This document shows, piece after piece, positions 1 through 9,600 of a stretch of DNA of 64,000 bases. Position numbers and translations under genes: made by a program. Below the pieces are notes generated by a model. That model saw only the letters and a program-made list of their open reading frames with translations, made no database searches and had not been told where the DNA came from. The stretch comes from a virus, in IMG/VR virus record IMGVR_UViG_3300025141_000026. One strand, given 5' to 3'. Numbering within the stretch: the first letter of the stretch is position 1; each line of letters starts with the position of its first letter.

Positions 1-1165
1 CTCTTTTCAGATAAGATATTTCCTCGCTGTCTTTTTTTGGTTGCTCTTTCGCTGCGACATCTCTAAACAGGTCGTCAAAGAAGCCACCGACGCCAAACAG
101 TTTCTCTCTATCAGATTGATCAAAATAATTCTTCATAGGTTCGCTAATCTTGTAACCGTAGAGATCGTCAAGGATGTCCCCTATCTTCTTTATATCCTTC
201 CCTGTTTGGTGAAGCTGCTTTGTTGATTTGGTTTTTAGAGAAATGTTCCCTGATTGAAGATTTACTTTGTCACCTTTTTTATCAACAGTGTTGACAAAGA
301 TATCTGCCTTTGTTCCTTTTTGATCTGATACACCATCAGCGATAATGTTTATTGTATGCCCCTTTTCGTTCAGAGCAGTGCTTATGAATGATTGATAGTA
401 ATCGCTATTTGCAAACTTTAATGCAGCCTTGATCGTATCTGGGGCGAGCACCCATCTGTCCGTACTGTCCAAGTCTACAAAAGTGACAGTATCTAGACCA
501 AGAGTGAGATTTAATTTATCATCACCGATTGGCTGATTGGTTATTTTTCTAATTTGTCTTTTTTTAGTTGGGTCTAGCTTGAACCCTTTAGCCATTTTTT
601 CCGCATATGCTTTTATATCTTCAAGGGTAATAGCTTCTTTTCCACCATCTTGGGAGTTCTCAAGTTTTGCTGCGAGGGCATATGCCAACACACCTTCGGC
701 AAAATTTCCAATATTAGAAATGGTTTGTGCGTTTGATCCTCTCTTGAGGACTAGCTTAAACAGCTTCGGTTCTCCGCTTGGGTTCCAGATCACATCTGCT
801 TGCAAACCTGTACCACTAGAAGCCTGCTCGATGTCCGATAGAACTTCAAAGTCGGAGTGATTGCCAATTTTTGCAAAAACTCTTCGACGATTGCCCCTCT
901 GCCCTGTATTCGTTATAACTATTTTCGTTGAAGTTCTGCCATCCTTCACCAAAGCTGCTGTTGCCTCTATGGGATATGGACCAAATTCGTCACCCTCATC
1001 GGTTTCCTTTTTCAATATGGAAAGAATTTGATCAACTAATTTTTCTGGTAGTTTTTCTCTTGCCTCGCCCATCAAGTCCTCAACCATCTCGACGAGCATG
1101 TCCATGGCAAGTGCCTCTTTCTTATCAAAGTGATTTTCTATCAAAAGATCCCAGTTAGTTTCCAT
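1..1165 (-). CDS. Putative PD-(D/E)xK-fold nuclease-like protein, truncated at the window edge (absent from the ORF track)
   Basis: Hand translation from ATG 1165 is open to base 1 (>385 aa, METNWDLLIENHF...). It contains GNFAEGVLAYALA, GTKADIFV and NISLKT, an E...D...SxK pattern typical of restriction-like nucleases. Confidence 0.55.
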   Translation of the reverse strand, partial: METNWDLLIENHFDKKEALAMDMLVEMVEDLMGEAREKLPEKLVDQILSILKKETDEGDEFGPYPIEATAALVKDGRTSTKIVITNTGQRGNRRRVFAKIGNHSDFEVLSDIEQASSGTGLQADVIWNPSGEPKLFKLVLKRGSNAQTISNIGNFAEGVLAYALAAKLENSQDGGKEAITLEDIKAYAEKMAKGFKLDPTKKRQIRKITNQPIGDDKLNLTLGLDTVTFVDLDSTDRWVLAPDTIKAALKFANSDYYQSFISTALNEKGHTINIIADGVSDQKGTKADIFVNTVDKKGDKVNLQSGNISLKTKSTKQLHQTGKDIKKIGDILDDLYGYKISEPMKNYFDQSDREKLFGVGGFFDDLFRDVAAKEQPKKDSEEISYLKR

Positions 1166-2060
1166 CTTCGATTTCCCTCAGTAGTTTGTTTATGTCAAGA
1201 CCTGCACAGTCAATCTTTCTGTTGGTCAGGTGGTAGTGGCTTACAACTCCTTTGAAGTTGCCTTGCGCTGCGGATATCTCTACTTCCCTTTTTGTGTTGC
1301 CGTCGTCATCAAGTGGGCATCTTGCCTCAATGTCGTAATGACCTAGCAGACACTTTAGAAGAGCCTTGTACGCATCCAACTGCACATCATAATATCCTAA
1401 ATGATCTCCAAGTTTAACCCCATGAACCACAGAGTCCGTAACGACCGGTCTCATTCCAAACCCGCGCTTCCTATAGTAGCTTTGGTATTTCATATAATAA
1501 GCATTGCTAAAATCAATGCCAATTGACGTGTTGTTGACTCGGGTGTTACCAGCATGCCAACCAATGTGTTGCGGATCGACAAGTTGGTAAATAGTACCAT
1601 CGTTATCAATAGCAAAGTGGCTGGAAATATTTCTCTTTTTTAGAATCTTATAGCATGAGTGTGCTGAAAGGGCGGCATCCCAGTGGGTGACAACCATGGT
1701 GGGATATCTTCTTCTCTTTGTGACTGAGCGGAAGCAGCTTGTTGGTAGTGCAAGATTGCCCGGTTCCTTTAGGTTGACAACTTTGTCCCACTCGATTGCG
1801 ACAGGCGTGTCATTTATAATAATAGAGTTACCATCAATGGCTTCGCCACTGATCTCATAAGAAGCTTCCCTCTCTGTACAAACTCTAACATAAGTCATCG
1901 GTCCACAAAGCCCATCCGGATTTAGATTATTTTCCCTTTGGAATTGTTTGATATTATTTATCAAAATATCATTGAAGCCTCTGGCTCCAAACCAAGACGG
2001 ATCCCAGCCCAACTTTGCGGCGCTGGCTTGGTTATAAAATATCTTGTCGCTAATCGCCAT
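1155..2060 (-). CDS. Endolysin: peptidoglycan-binding domain plus N-acetylmuramoyl-L-alanine amidase (Amidase_2)
   Basis: N-terminal IKQFQRENNLNPDGLCGPMT (PG-binding). Amidase motifs VTHWD, SSHFAID, WHAG, NTSIGID, HYH...KIDC. Confidence 0.85.
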   Translation of the reverse strand: MAISDKIFYNQASAAKLGWDPSWFGARGFNDILINNIKQFQRENNLNPDGLCGPMTYVRVCTEREASYEISGEAIDGNSIIINDTPVAIEWDKVVNLKEPGNLALPTSCFRSVTKRRRYPTMVVTHWDAALSAHSCYKILKKRNISSHFAIDNDGTIYQLVDPQHIGWHAGNTRVNNTSIGIDFSNAYYMKYQSYYRKRGFGMRPVVTDSVVHGVKLGDHLGYYDVQLDAYKALLKCLLGHYDIEARCPLDDDGNTKREVEISAAQGNFKGVVSHYHLTNRKIDCAGLDINKLLREIEDGN

Positions 2061-2761
2061 TAAAAAACCTCATCAGCAATTCCGAATTCAACCGATTCTT
2101 CTGCTGTTAAGTAGACATTTACTTTTCTACTAATTAGTTTTTTTATGTGTTTTTCAGTCATGTCAGTCTCGGCAGCGAGTAGCTTTATATACTGTTGCTG
2201 AATCCATTGCACTTCTTCAAGTTCGTTTTCTAAGCTGTGGATGGAGCCAGCATATCCAGAGGCAACGCCATGAATCATAACGCGGCAGTTCTTGCCAATT
2301 TTTCTGTATCCTTTTGAACCACATGCTAAAACCAATACCCCGGCAGACATTACTTTGCCCAAGCCGACAGTGCAAACAGGAGCCTTCTCCTTTATCATTC
2401 TTATGGTGTCGTAAATAGAAAACATCTCTAGTGCAGAGCCGCCGTTGGTGCTAACAAGAAGCTCGAAGGCATCCTTCTCATACTCACCGGTGAAGCCGCT
2501 TTCTAAAATTCTCATTGCGTGTACAACATCTCTAGCATTTTCTTCATCGATGTCGCCATATAAGCTGACTACTTTTGGACCAGACTTTTCTTGTTGTTGT
2601 GCTAAAAGCAGTATTTCTTCTATCTCTTTAGAGAGTTCTTCATCTGTTTTTTCTTCAGCAGCCTTTTCTTCAGCAGCCTTTTCTTCAGCAGCCTTTTCTT
2701 GTTCTGCTTTAGTTGGCTTTTTAGTTTTCCTCTTTTTCTTTTTACCTTCTTCTAAAATCAT
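2060..2761 (-). CDS. clpP: ClpP-family protease subunit with a charged N-terminal extension
   Basis: STNGGS, GKVMSAG (Ser), VMIH (His), YLTAEESVEFGIAD. Start moved to ATG 2761, which follows a GGAG RBS. Confidence 0.85.
   Translation of the reverse strand: MILEEGKKKKRKTKKPTKAEQEKAAEEKAAEEKAAEEKTDEELSKEIEEILLLAQQQEKSGPKVVSLYGDIDEENARDVVHAMRILESGFTGEYEKDAFELLVSTNGGSALEMFSIYDTIRMIKEKAPVCTVGLGKVMSAGVLVLACGSKGYRKIGKNCRVMIHGVASGYAGSIHSLENELEEVQWIQQQYIKLLAAETDMTEKHIKKLISRKVNVYLTAEESVEFGIADEVF
2649..2700. repeat. 15-bp tandem repeat, about 3.5 copies, encoding (KAAEE)n in the ClpP N-terminus
   Basis: ttttcttcagcagcc at 2649, 2664 and 2679, plus a partial copy. Confidence 0.9.
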
Positions 2762-2787
2762 AGCTCCCCCTAATAATATATAAGTAG

Positions 2788-3183
2788 CTAGCGGGGACTT
2801 CTTTTCTTCATTTCTTTGGTAAGAATATCGGCTGCTTGCTCCCATGTAGAGAATTTGACAATGCCCCTTAAATTCTTGGGGTAGATGGAAACAAATTTAT
2901 GAATGACGATCAATTTCCATGAATTGAAGACCTGTTCATCGATTTGCTTACATGTCTCGATGGTCTCTTCTGGTGTACCGGCGCTGTGCATATGTTGATA
3001 TTTCATCTCTCTCATATATGCCACATCTTCCATGATAAGAATTAATAATTTGAGAGTTTGATTCAGGGCATCCTGTGCAAAATTTATAACTTTGCCATAG
3101 CCGAAAAAAAGACTGAGTGTCATGTGTGTGAATGCCCCGGCAATGAACCATAGAAATTCGGTGGGGATTTGGGATAGATTCAT
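2788..3183 (-). CDS. Hypothetical protein with an N-terminal transmembrane segment
   Basis: AAGGAG RBS 9 nt upstream; hydrophobic N-terminus. Confidence 0.6.
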   Translation of the reverse strand: MNLSQIPTEFLWFIAGAFTHMTLSLFFGYGKVINFAQDALNQTLKLLILIMEDVAYMREMKYQHMHSAGTPEETIETCKQIDEQVFNSWKLIVIHKFVSIYPKNLRGIVKFSTWEQAADILTKEMKKRSPR

Positions 3184-3218
3184 AAAAAATTACTCCTTGC
3201 AAGATAAAGCTCCTACAA

Positions 3219-3247
3219 AGAGTAACGTTTTATTATTTATTTGTCAA
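3219..3247 (-). promoter_or_regulatory. Sigma70-type promoter
   Basis: TTGACA-N17-TACTCT in the intergenic gap. Confidence 0.5.
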
Positions 3248-3261
3248 GGAGAACAAGTAAA

Positions 3262-3852
3262 TTATTTAGAAATCTTCTTCTTAATAATTCTCTTTGTGAC
3301 TCTTCTGGTCACTTCTGCAATGTATGCGTCGAAAGCTTCGTCTTCTTCTAGGTCGCCCATAGGAGGTTCTTCGCCGCCTTCGGCTTCCGCGCCCATTTCG
3401 ACTTCTTCTTCACCGCCTTCTTCTGGTGCGCCCATGTCCATTTCGGGCTCTTCTTCGCCGCCTTCGACCGCAACTTCAACGCCTGTCTCTTGCTCAATAG
3501 CTCCAGCGATAGCGTCAACGAGCTTCTTTACCATGGCTTCGTCTGCTCCGCCTGCACCGTCAGCAGGTTCCTCTTCCGGGGCGTCCATGCCCAATTCCAT
3601 TTCTGGTTCGGCTGCTGGTTCTTCCGCACCCATTTCAATTTCTTCCTCTTCTTCACCAAGGCGCATTTCATCGAGTTCTTTCTCGTCGTCGTCCTTAGCG
3701 ACGTCCATGCCCTCTTCTACTTCTTCTTCGTCTTCTTCGCCCTCATTGACTTCATATCTGTCAAGGTAGCTCTCAGCGAGATTGTCCATATTCGCTAGCG
3801 CCATGAAGCGTCTAATTGTTCCCTCGTTGAGTAATGTTTTCTTGTTGCTCAT
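3262..3852 (-). CDS. Highly acidic low-complexity protein, possible prohead core or internal head protein
   Basis: E/D/G-rich body with short basic termini; AGGAG RBS; late-type motif upstream; several L-x-E sites. Confidence 0.55.
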   Translation of the reverse strand: MSNKKTLLNEGTIRRFMALANMDNLAESYLDRYEVNEGEEDEEEVEEGMDVAKDDDEKELDEMRLGEEEEEIEMGAEEPAAEPEMELGMDAPEEEPADGAGGADEAMVKKLVDAIAGAIEQETGVEVAVEGGEEEPEMDMGAPEEGGEEEVEMGAEAEGGEEPPMGDLEEDEAFDAYIAEVTRRVTKRIIKKKISK

Positions 3853-3895
3853 TTTTATGCTCTCCTAAGTTTAATAAAAAATGCGTTTGCACAAT

Positions 3896-3905
3896 CATAA
3901 ATAGT
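3896..3905 (-). promoter_or_regulatory. Putative late promoter motif ACTATTTATG
   Basis: Matches the CTAWTTAT motif that recurs upstream of structural genes. Confidence 0.5.
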
Positions 3906-3916
3906 TCTTTTATCTG

Positions 3917-4162
3917 TTAAAAGTCAATCTTGCCTGTCAATTTTTCTACAGCCTTATCCTGTATCTGTTTTACTCTGACGAAACTAACTCCCAGACGGTT
4001 GGCAGTCTCCCTTAGAGACATCTTTCCATTTTTCCTAACGGCGACTAAAGTGCAATTAAGATCATCCTCGTAGTCTAGCCACTGCCTACAGTCTTTGTTA
4101 CAACATTTCTGACCAGTTTTCATGCAGATGCTTGCACAATCAAATTCTAAATTTCTGGGCAT
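3917..4162 (-). CDS. Small protein with a Cys cluster and a sigma70 region-4-like HTH
   Basis: MSLRETANRLGVSFVRVKQIQDKAVEKL resembles sigma r4; six Cys in the N-terminal half. Confidence 0.7.
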   Translation of the reverse strand: MPRNLEFDCASICMKTGQKCCNKDCRQWLDYEDDLNCTLVAVRKNGKMSLRETANRLGVSFVRVKQIQDKAVEKLTGKIDF

Positions 4163-4476
4163 TCTTCCTCCAAAATATCAAATATGTTCTCAATTTCATT
4201 TTGATCGAGTGCGAACTTTTGGATCGTTTTCTTTTTTGACGCATTCATCTTTGAGATTTTTTTCATCTTTTCCTTACTTTGCGTCCCCTTCTCTTGTTTG
4301 ACTTTCTCAATAAAACTTATAATGTTTTCATCTTGAGAAACGTAGCCAGCAACTATTTGTCTAAAGAACGCGCTTTGTGTTAAGCCATCATAATGCAGCC
4401 TGATCTTTAGCTCCGCGTGATTCTTTTCTGAATCATAGAAAACTATTTTTTTACCTGCCTCTCCGTACACACTCAT
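4147..4476 (-). CDS. Hypothetical protein, possibly DNA-binding
   Basis: Translationally coupled ORF; N-terminus loosely ribbon-helix-helix-like. Confidence 0.55.
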   Translation of the reverse strand: MSVYGEAGKKIVFYDSEKNHAELKIRLHYDGLTQSAFFRQIVAGYVSQDENIISFIEKVKQEKGTQSKEKMKKISKMNASKKKTIQKFALDQNEIENIFDILEEECPEI

Positions 4477-5486
4477 TTGTTCCTCGATAAAATATGAGTA
4501 AAACTTTCAGCCTGACCCGCAACAGTCTGTCGGATGAACTTGGCTTTGGCTTGTAAGTCGTTGATTGTTCTAGCGCCAGAGTAAGACATCCCGCTTTGGA
4601 TGCCACCTCGCAAGTCAGCCAAGATGTTGTTAACATCGCCCTTATATGGAATAGTTGTGGAGATGCCCTCGGGTGTGGAGGTCTTGCCTCGCCAGTTTAC
4701 TTGGGCTTCGCTTGACGCCATACCACGGTAGACTTTATATTTCTTATTACCGTTGTCAAACACTTGTCCGGGTGATTGATCTGTTCCTGCTAGCATTGAA
4801 CCAAGCATAACAAAGTCGGCACCTGCGGCGAGAGCCTTGACTATATCTCCGCTGGTTTTCATGCCGCCATCAGCAATAATTGGTACAGTGCATCCCGCCT
4901 CAACACAATCGATAACTGATTGGAAGGTTGGAACACCGTGACCGCTTACAAGTCTAGTTGAGCAAATAGATCCTCCCCCTACACCAGCCCTAACAGAATC
5001 TGCACCCCAAGCCGCCAAGTCGCAGGCACCTTTGCCTGTCGCTACATTGCCAGCCATCAAATGAATTTGGGAGCCAAAGACTTTTCGCAGTTGAGCAAGG
5101 GCTGCCTTCATCATTGAGTGATGCCCGTGCGCCACATCAACACAGAGAACATTGGACCCCTCTTCCACAAGCGCCTGCGCTCGCTCCAAGTAATCACCAG
5201 TCACGCCGATGGCTCCCCCGACATTGGTCATCCCTTTTATCTTGGCTAGTTTAACTAACTTGGCTTGCTCCGATGGGCTATTGTATCGGTGGATGATACC
5301 AAGCCCTCCATGGGCATCCATAGCTAAAGACATGTCAACCTCGGTCACCGTATCCATAGGACTGGAAATAATAGGCAGATCTAACTCTACTTCGCCTAAT
5401 CTATTTTTGGTTGTTAGTGTCTTCCTGCTTTCAATATCTGAATACTGGGGGCATAACAAAACATCATCGAAACTCAAACTAGTCAT
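4473..5486 (-). CDS. GMP reductase / IMP dehydrogenase family enzyme without CBS domains
   Basis: LSFDDVLL, SSPMDTVTE, DVAHGH, GVGGGSICSTR (catalytic Cys), IADGG, YRGMAS, PEG. Confidence 0.9.
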   Translation of the reverse strand: MTSLSFDDVLLCPQYSDIESRKTLTTKNRLGEVELDLPIISSPMDTVTEVDMSLAMDAHGGLGIIHRYNSPSEQAKLVKLAKIKGMTNVGGAIGVTGDYLERAQALVEEGSNVLCVDVAHGHHSMMKAALAQLRKVFGSQIHLMAGNVATGKGACDLAAWGADSVRAGVGGGSICSTRLVSGHGVPTFQSVIDCVEAGCTVPIIADGGMKTSGDIVKALAAGADFVMLGSMLAGTDQSPGQVFDNGNKKYKVYRGMASSEAQVNWRGKTSTPEGISTTIPYKGDVNNILADLRGGIQSGMSYSGARTINDLQAKAKFIRQTVAGQAESFTHILSRNK

Positions 5487-5868
5487 TTTTCTCCTTGCTT
5501 GACCAATATTCTTTCATTCTCTTACTTCGCGAGGAAGAACCCTTCTTCTTCGTCGCTCTAATGAGTTCTGCAACTTTCAGAGCATGCTCCTGTACTACAA
5601 AAAAGTTGCCCTCTGAGTCTCCTTCTTGCTCTAAGACACACCCAGCTTCGAGCAGCTTCTTCTTAATTCCTTTGTAGGTTGCTGGAGATGGTCTTTCAAC
5701 AGTCACCCCGATGCGACCATCATCTGTGCCCGACCACCACAAGTGATCCTTGGCAAACTTTCTAACTCGTGAGGGGCTGATTGGATTGCCACAATCATCA
5801 ATAGCATAACGAATGCGATTCTCTTCACAAAACTTCTTATAAATGTTTTTACTTTTTCTCTCGGTCAC
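5479..5868 (-). CDS. Hypothetical protein
   Basis: Tightly packed ORF overlapping both neighbours. Confidence 0.55.
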   Translation of the reverse strand: MTERKSKNIYKKFCEENRIRYAIDDCGNPISPSRVRKFAKDHLWWSGTDDGRIGVTVERPSPATYKGIKKKLLEAGCVLEQEGDSEGNFFVVQEHALKVAELIRATKKKGSSSRSKRMKEYWSSKEKND

Positions 5869-6124
5869 TTAGATTCTCCTGAATGTCTTTTACCATTTCA
5901 TTTCCTCTTTGCCAGCAAGGAGGACAGTATAAGTTAACTTGCTTAGATTCACCTCTGACAATAACATACCATGATTTTACCATTTCCTTGTCGGTCTTGT
6001 CAAAAGGTTTTTCACAAACTAAGCAAGATTTACCAATCTTTCCAAAGAGAGCCACTTTAGATGCCATCTCTTTTTCGGAATTCAATTGCTTCTTTCTTCC
6101 CACCTTCTTAGAAAATTTACCCAT
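5849..6124 (-). CDS. Small zinc-finger protein
   Basis: CLVC...CPPC. Confidence 0.6.
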   Translation of the reverse strand: MGKFSKKVGRKKQLNSEKEMASKVALFGKIGKSCLVCEKPFDKTDKEMVKSWYVIVRGESKQVNLYCPPCWQRGNEMVKDIQENLSDREKK

Positions 6125-6594
6125 TAGCGGTCACCAGTTGAGCCGAAGCCCCCTTCGCCACGAGAAGAGCCATCATTGAGATCATCCCCGGTGGCTTCTT
6201 CGATATCGCAATGAACGACTGGGACTAGGACTGCTTGGGCAATCTTGTCTCCCGGTTTGATTACCTGTGTCTCCACACCAATATTGTGTAGGTTCACATA
6301 GATCTCGCCGTCATATCCGGGGTCAACAACACAGGCACCCACAACTAGTTGTCGCTTAGATGCAATGCCTGACTTGTTCTTGACCTCCAACATATAGCCT
6401 TCTGGGATCTCTGTCTTTAGTCCGGTTGAAATAAGACCACTGACTCTAGCCGGGATCCAATACTCTCCATCCTCTGCCATGCAAGGTCCCCTATCTCCGT
6501 TCGGACAATAGAATAGGTCCATCCCTGCGTCTGTCCTGTGGACTCGCACAGGTAGTTTTGCTTCTGGTCTAATTTTATAAAATTTAAGTTTCAT
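6124..6594 (-). CDS. dut: Trimeric dUTPase
   Basis: AGMDL, KSG, VVDPGYDGEI, GDKIAQ, RGEGGFGSTG. Confidence 0.95.
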   Translation of the reverse strand: MKLKFYKIRPEAKLPVRVHRTDAGMDLFYCPNGDRGPCMAEDGEYWIPARVSGLISTGLKTEIPEGYMLEVKNKSGIASKRQLVVGACVVDPGYDGEIYVNLHNIGVETQVIKPGDKIAQAVLVPVVHCDIEEATGDDLNDGSSRGEGGFGSTGDR

Positions 6595-6621
6595 ATCTGC
6601 TCCTATTCTAATGTGTATATT

Positions 6622-9600
6622 TTATCCTAAAAGTCTAAAGTTTCTGCTGATTGATCTAGTGCTGAACCCCCACTGCTCGTCATATTCTAATCTTCCCATG
6701 TAAGGTCGATTGACCGCAATCTTGTCTTTTTTAGAGTTGACACCCCAGCACTTGATTGAAGTCAAAGCATTATTAGAATCAATCACCTCTACTATGTAAT
6801 ACTCTTTCCCATTTTTTGTTCTCTTGATGTTGATTTTTCTGGGGATAAACCATGCGGCACCCAAGTCAACATCATATTCAGATATTGGTGGGATATGTAA
6901 TTCAGCTAATCTAGCCATGACATCATCATCCATGACAAGACTGAGCGGAAAAGCTCCTGTCAGGCTGGAAAGATGCTCGATCTTTTCATAGTTGGAGAAG
7001 TCGCCCTCATCTTTATACTTCTCAATGTTCTCTAGTAGATTTTTCTCTTTACGAGGTCGCATTACTGCAACCGAACTCCAGAAATGCTTCTCGCCACTAA
7101 ACCTGTTATCCATCAAGGGCTTTAGTGCACCAGCCCTGCACAGAACGTCAAGTGCCTTTTTGTTCAATTTAGAATAAACCATCTCCTCATTGAAGAGGAA
7201 GTCCTCTACTTTAGAAAAAGGTCGGTGTTCCAGAATCTGCTCCATCGCTGCGCCGCCTAAGCCCTTGATGGAAGTTAGTGGTTGAATAAGAACTTTGCCA
7301 TCCTCACTAATCTCCCATACCTCTCCGGACTTATTAACATCTAATGGTTCAACCTTGAAGCCAAACTGCTTTGCAATCGCAATTGCCTTCTCCTTTCTAG
7401 ACTCTGGCTCTTTGTCCAAGAATGCAGCCATCCACTCTGCTGGATAGTAGTTCAACAACCAAGCGCACTGGTATGACAGCACCGAGTAAGAAACAGCGTG
7501 TGACTTGTTGAAACCATACCCTGAGAAATACTCAAACGTTTGCCATAGCTCTTGTGCTTTTCCTTTGGTTAGACCTTTTTTGGTGCACCCAGACACGAAC
7601 TTTTTATATATCTTGTCCTTTTTCTCTTGCACCTTGCCGGTTCCTTTCTTGGTCAACAACTTGCGAAGAGCGTTCCCCTCGTCTAGAGAAAGTCCATCAC
7701 CCAGTTTATGTGCAAGTAGTGCAATCTGCTCTTGGAAAATTAGGAAGCCATAAGTCTCTTCTGTTACCTCTTTTACAATGTCGCTTGCATACTCGACCGC
7801 CTCGGGCTTTCTCATTGCTTTGACGTACATTTTGTCTACTTTTGCGCTAAGTGGTCCCGGTCGATAAATACTAGTAATAGCAGCGATGTCGATGATGCTC
7901 TTTGGTTTTGCCTTCTTGCAGAAATCCTGCGCTCCGCCCTCCGTGAATTGGAAGATGCCAGCCCATTTCCCTTTATGAAAGACACCCTTATAAACCTTCT
8001 GGTCATCTAAGTCAATTTTCTCAGGGTGCAGTTTGGTGTCGTAATAGTGTTTCACATCGTCAAAAGTGGGTTTTTCAATACCGTGGTGCCTCTTGAGAAT
8101 ATGTCTAATTGCACCCTCCATCATTCTCAGAGACGCAAGTCCTAGAATATCAAACTTAATAAATCCCATGGGCTCTAAGTGTCTGACGTTCTGCCCTTCG
8201 GACCATGGAGTCTGTACGACGCCGCCACTATTTATAAGCGGCATATACTTATCCAAATCTTCACCGATAACGACTCCCCCAGCATGACGACTAATGGATC
8301 TCGGCTGTCCAAAAATAACATCAATATGGCTAGCGATATGGGGGTATTTTGTCAGAAATGTTTTGAGTGATTCTGAATACTCCTTTAGCTCCTCAAAGGT
8401 CGGAGTGTAGACACCTGCCTTGATTCCGTGTGCTTTTTTAGCTAACGGAGTTGCCTCCTTCAACATCTTTGAGGTGACGGGGTTGACTTCTGTAAATGGT
8501 ACGCCGTAAAACTTAGAAATATCCTTCACAAGCGAACGAAGTTGTAGCGTATTGAAATTCGAGATGGGCACAACTGTGTTGCGACCCCAATCATCAATCA
8601 GCATTTCCTTTAGTTCCATTGGATCCGAAACATCATAATCGATATCAGGGTAGTCCGTCTGGTCTTTGGTCATGAACCTCTCGAACTGCAACTTGTATTT
8701 GATGGGGTCAATCTGTGTGATACCCAGAGCATATGCAACAAGAGAGCCAGCAGCAGAGCCACGACCTGATCCAACAAGCTGGCAGTCTGTGGCTTTGTCA
8801 GCGATGCTCTTCATAGTCAAAAAGTATTCGCTAAAACCTCGCTTGCTAATGACATCCATCTCCAGAGCGAGTCTACTTGAATACTTCTTGCTCATGAGTC
8901 CAAGCTTAACAAGACCACCTTCACTAAATTTGCGGAGAGCCTCTGAAGCTGATTGCTTATCGGGCACAACAAAGCCGGGGAGACGCACCTTGTTGTCTGG
9001 CATGAATCTTTCGATCCTATTGTGCGCGATATCATGTGTCCGTAAAATAGATTCCTCGATCATCTTGTCGTTATATGACGCACCAACTTTCTCAGAATAG
9101 TATTTATATGACTGCCACATTTCGTCGCCATTTTTTGGATAGAGTTCATACCCAATCTCTTCCACGCTCACAGGGAGTTCGGCGGATAAATAATCGGGGC
9201 TACTCTTGCCAAGCCAACCAAGGCGCTTATAAAGCTCTCGGTCTCGCCATGCATCTTTATTTGGGTAGTGGCTGTCGGCTGTAGATATAAGTTCAATGCC
9301 ATACTCGTGATGTAGTTGAATGATATATTGATTCAACTCATGCTGTTCTGGTACGTTGTTCCATTGTAACTCCCCGTACCATCGGTCTCCAAAGATGTCA
9401 ATCATTCGCTCCGTGGTGTTTCGCATACTTTGGATAACCGCATCTTTGCCCATGTCTCGGTTGTCCCAATAGTTACCAGCGTACACGCCCCCTAAGCATG
9501 CAGAGGCAGCAATCACCCCCTCACTGTGTTTAGACAAGAGATCGTAATCCATGCGAGGATAGCGATAGAAGTTGTCATTGACATATGAATCAGAAACCAT

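Noticed and set aside
3122-3769. Ser/Pro-rich 215-aa + strand ORF (similar ones at 45727..46212 and 40718..41029)
   Set aside because: Antisense of Glu/Gly-rich coding sequence (GAA read as TTC/TCT).
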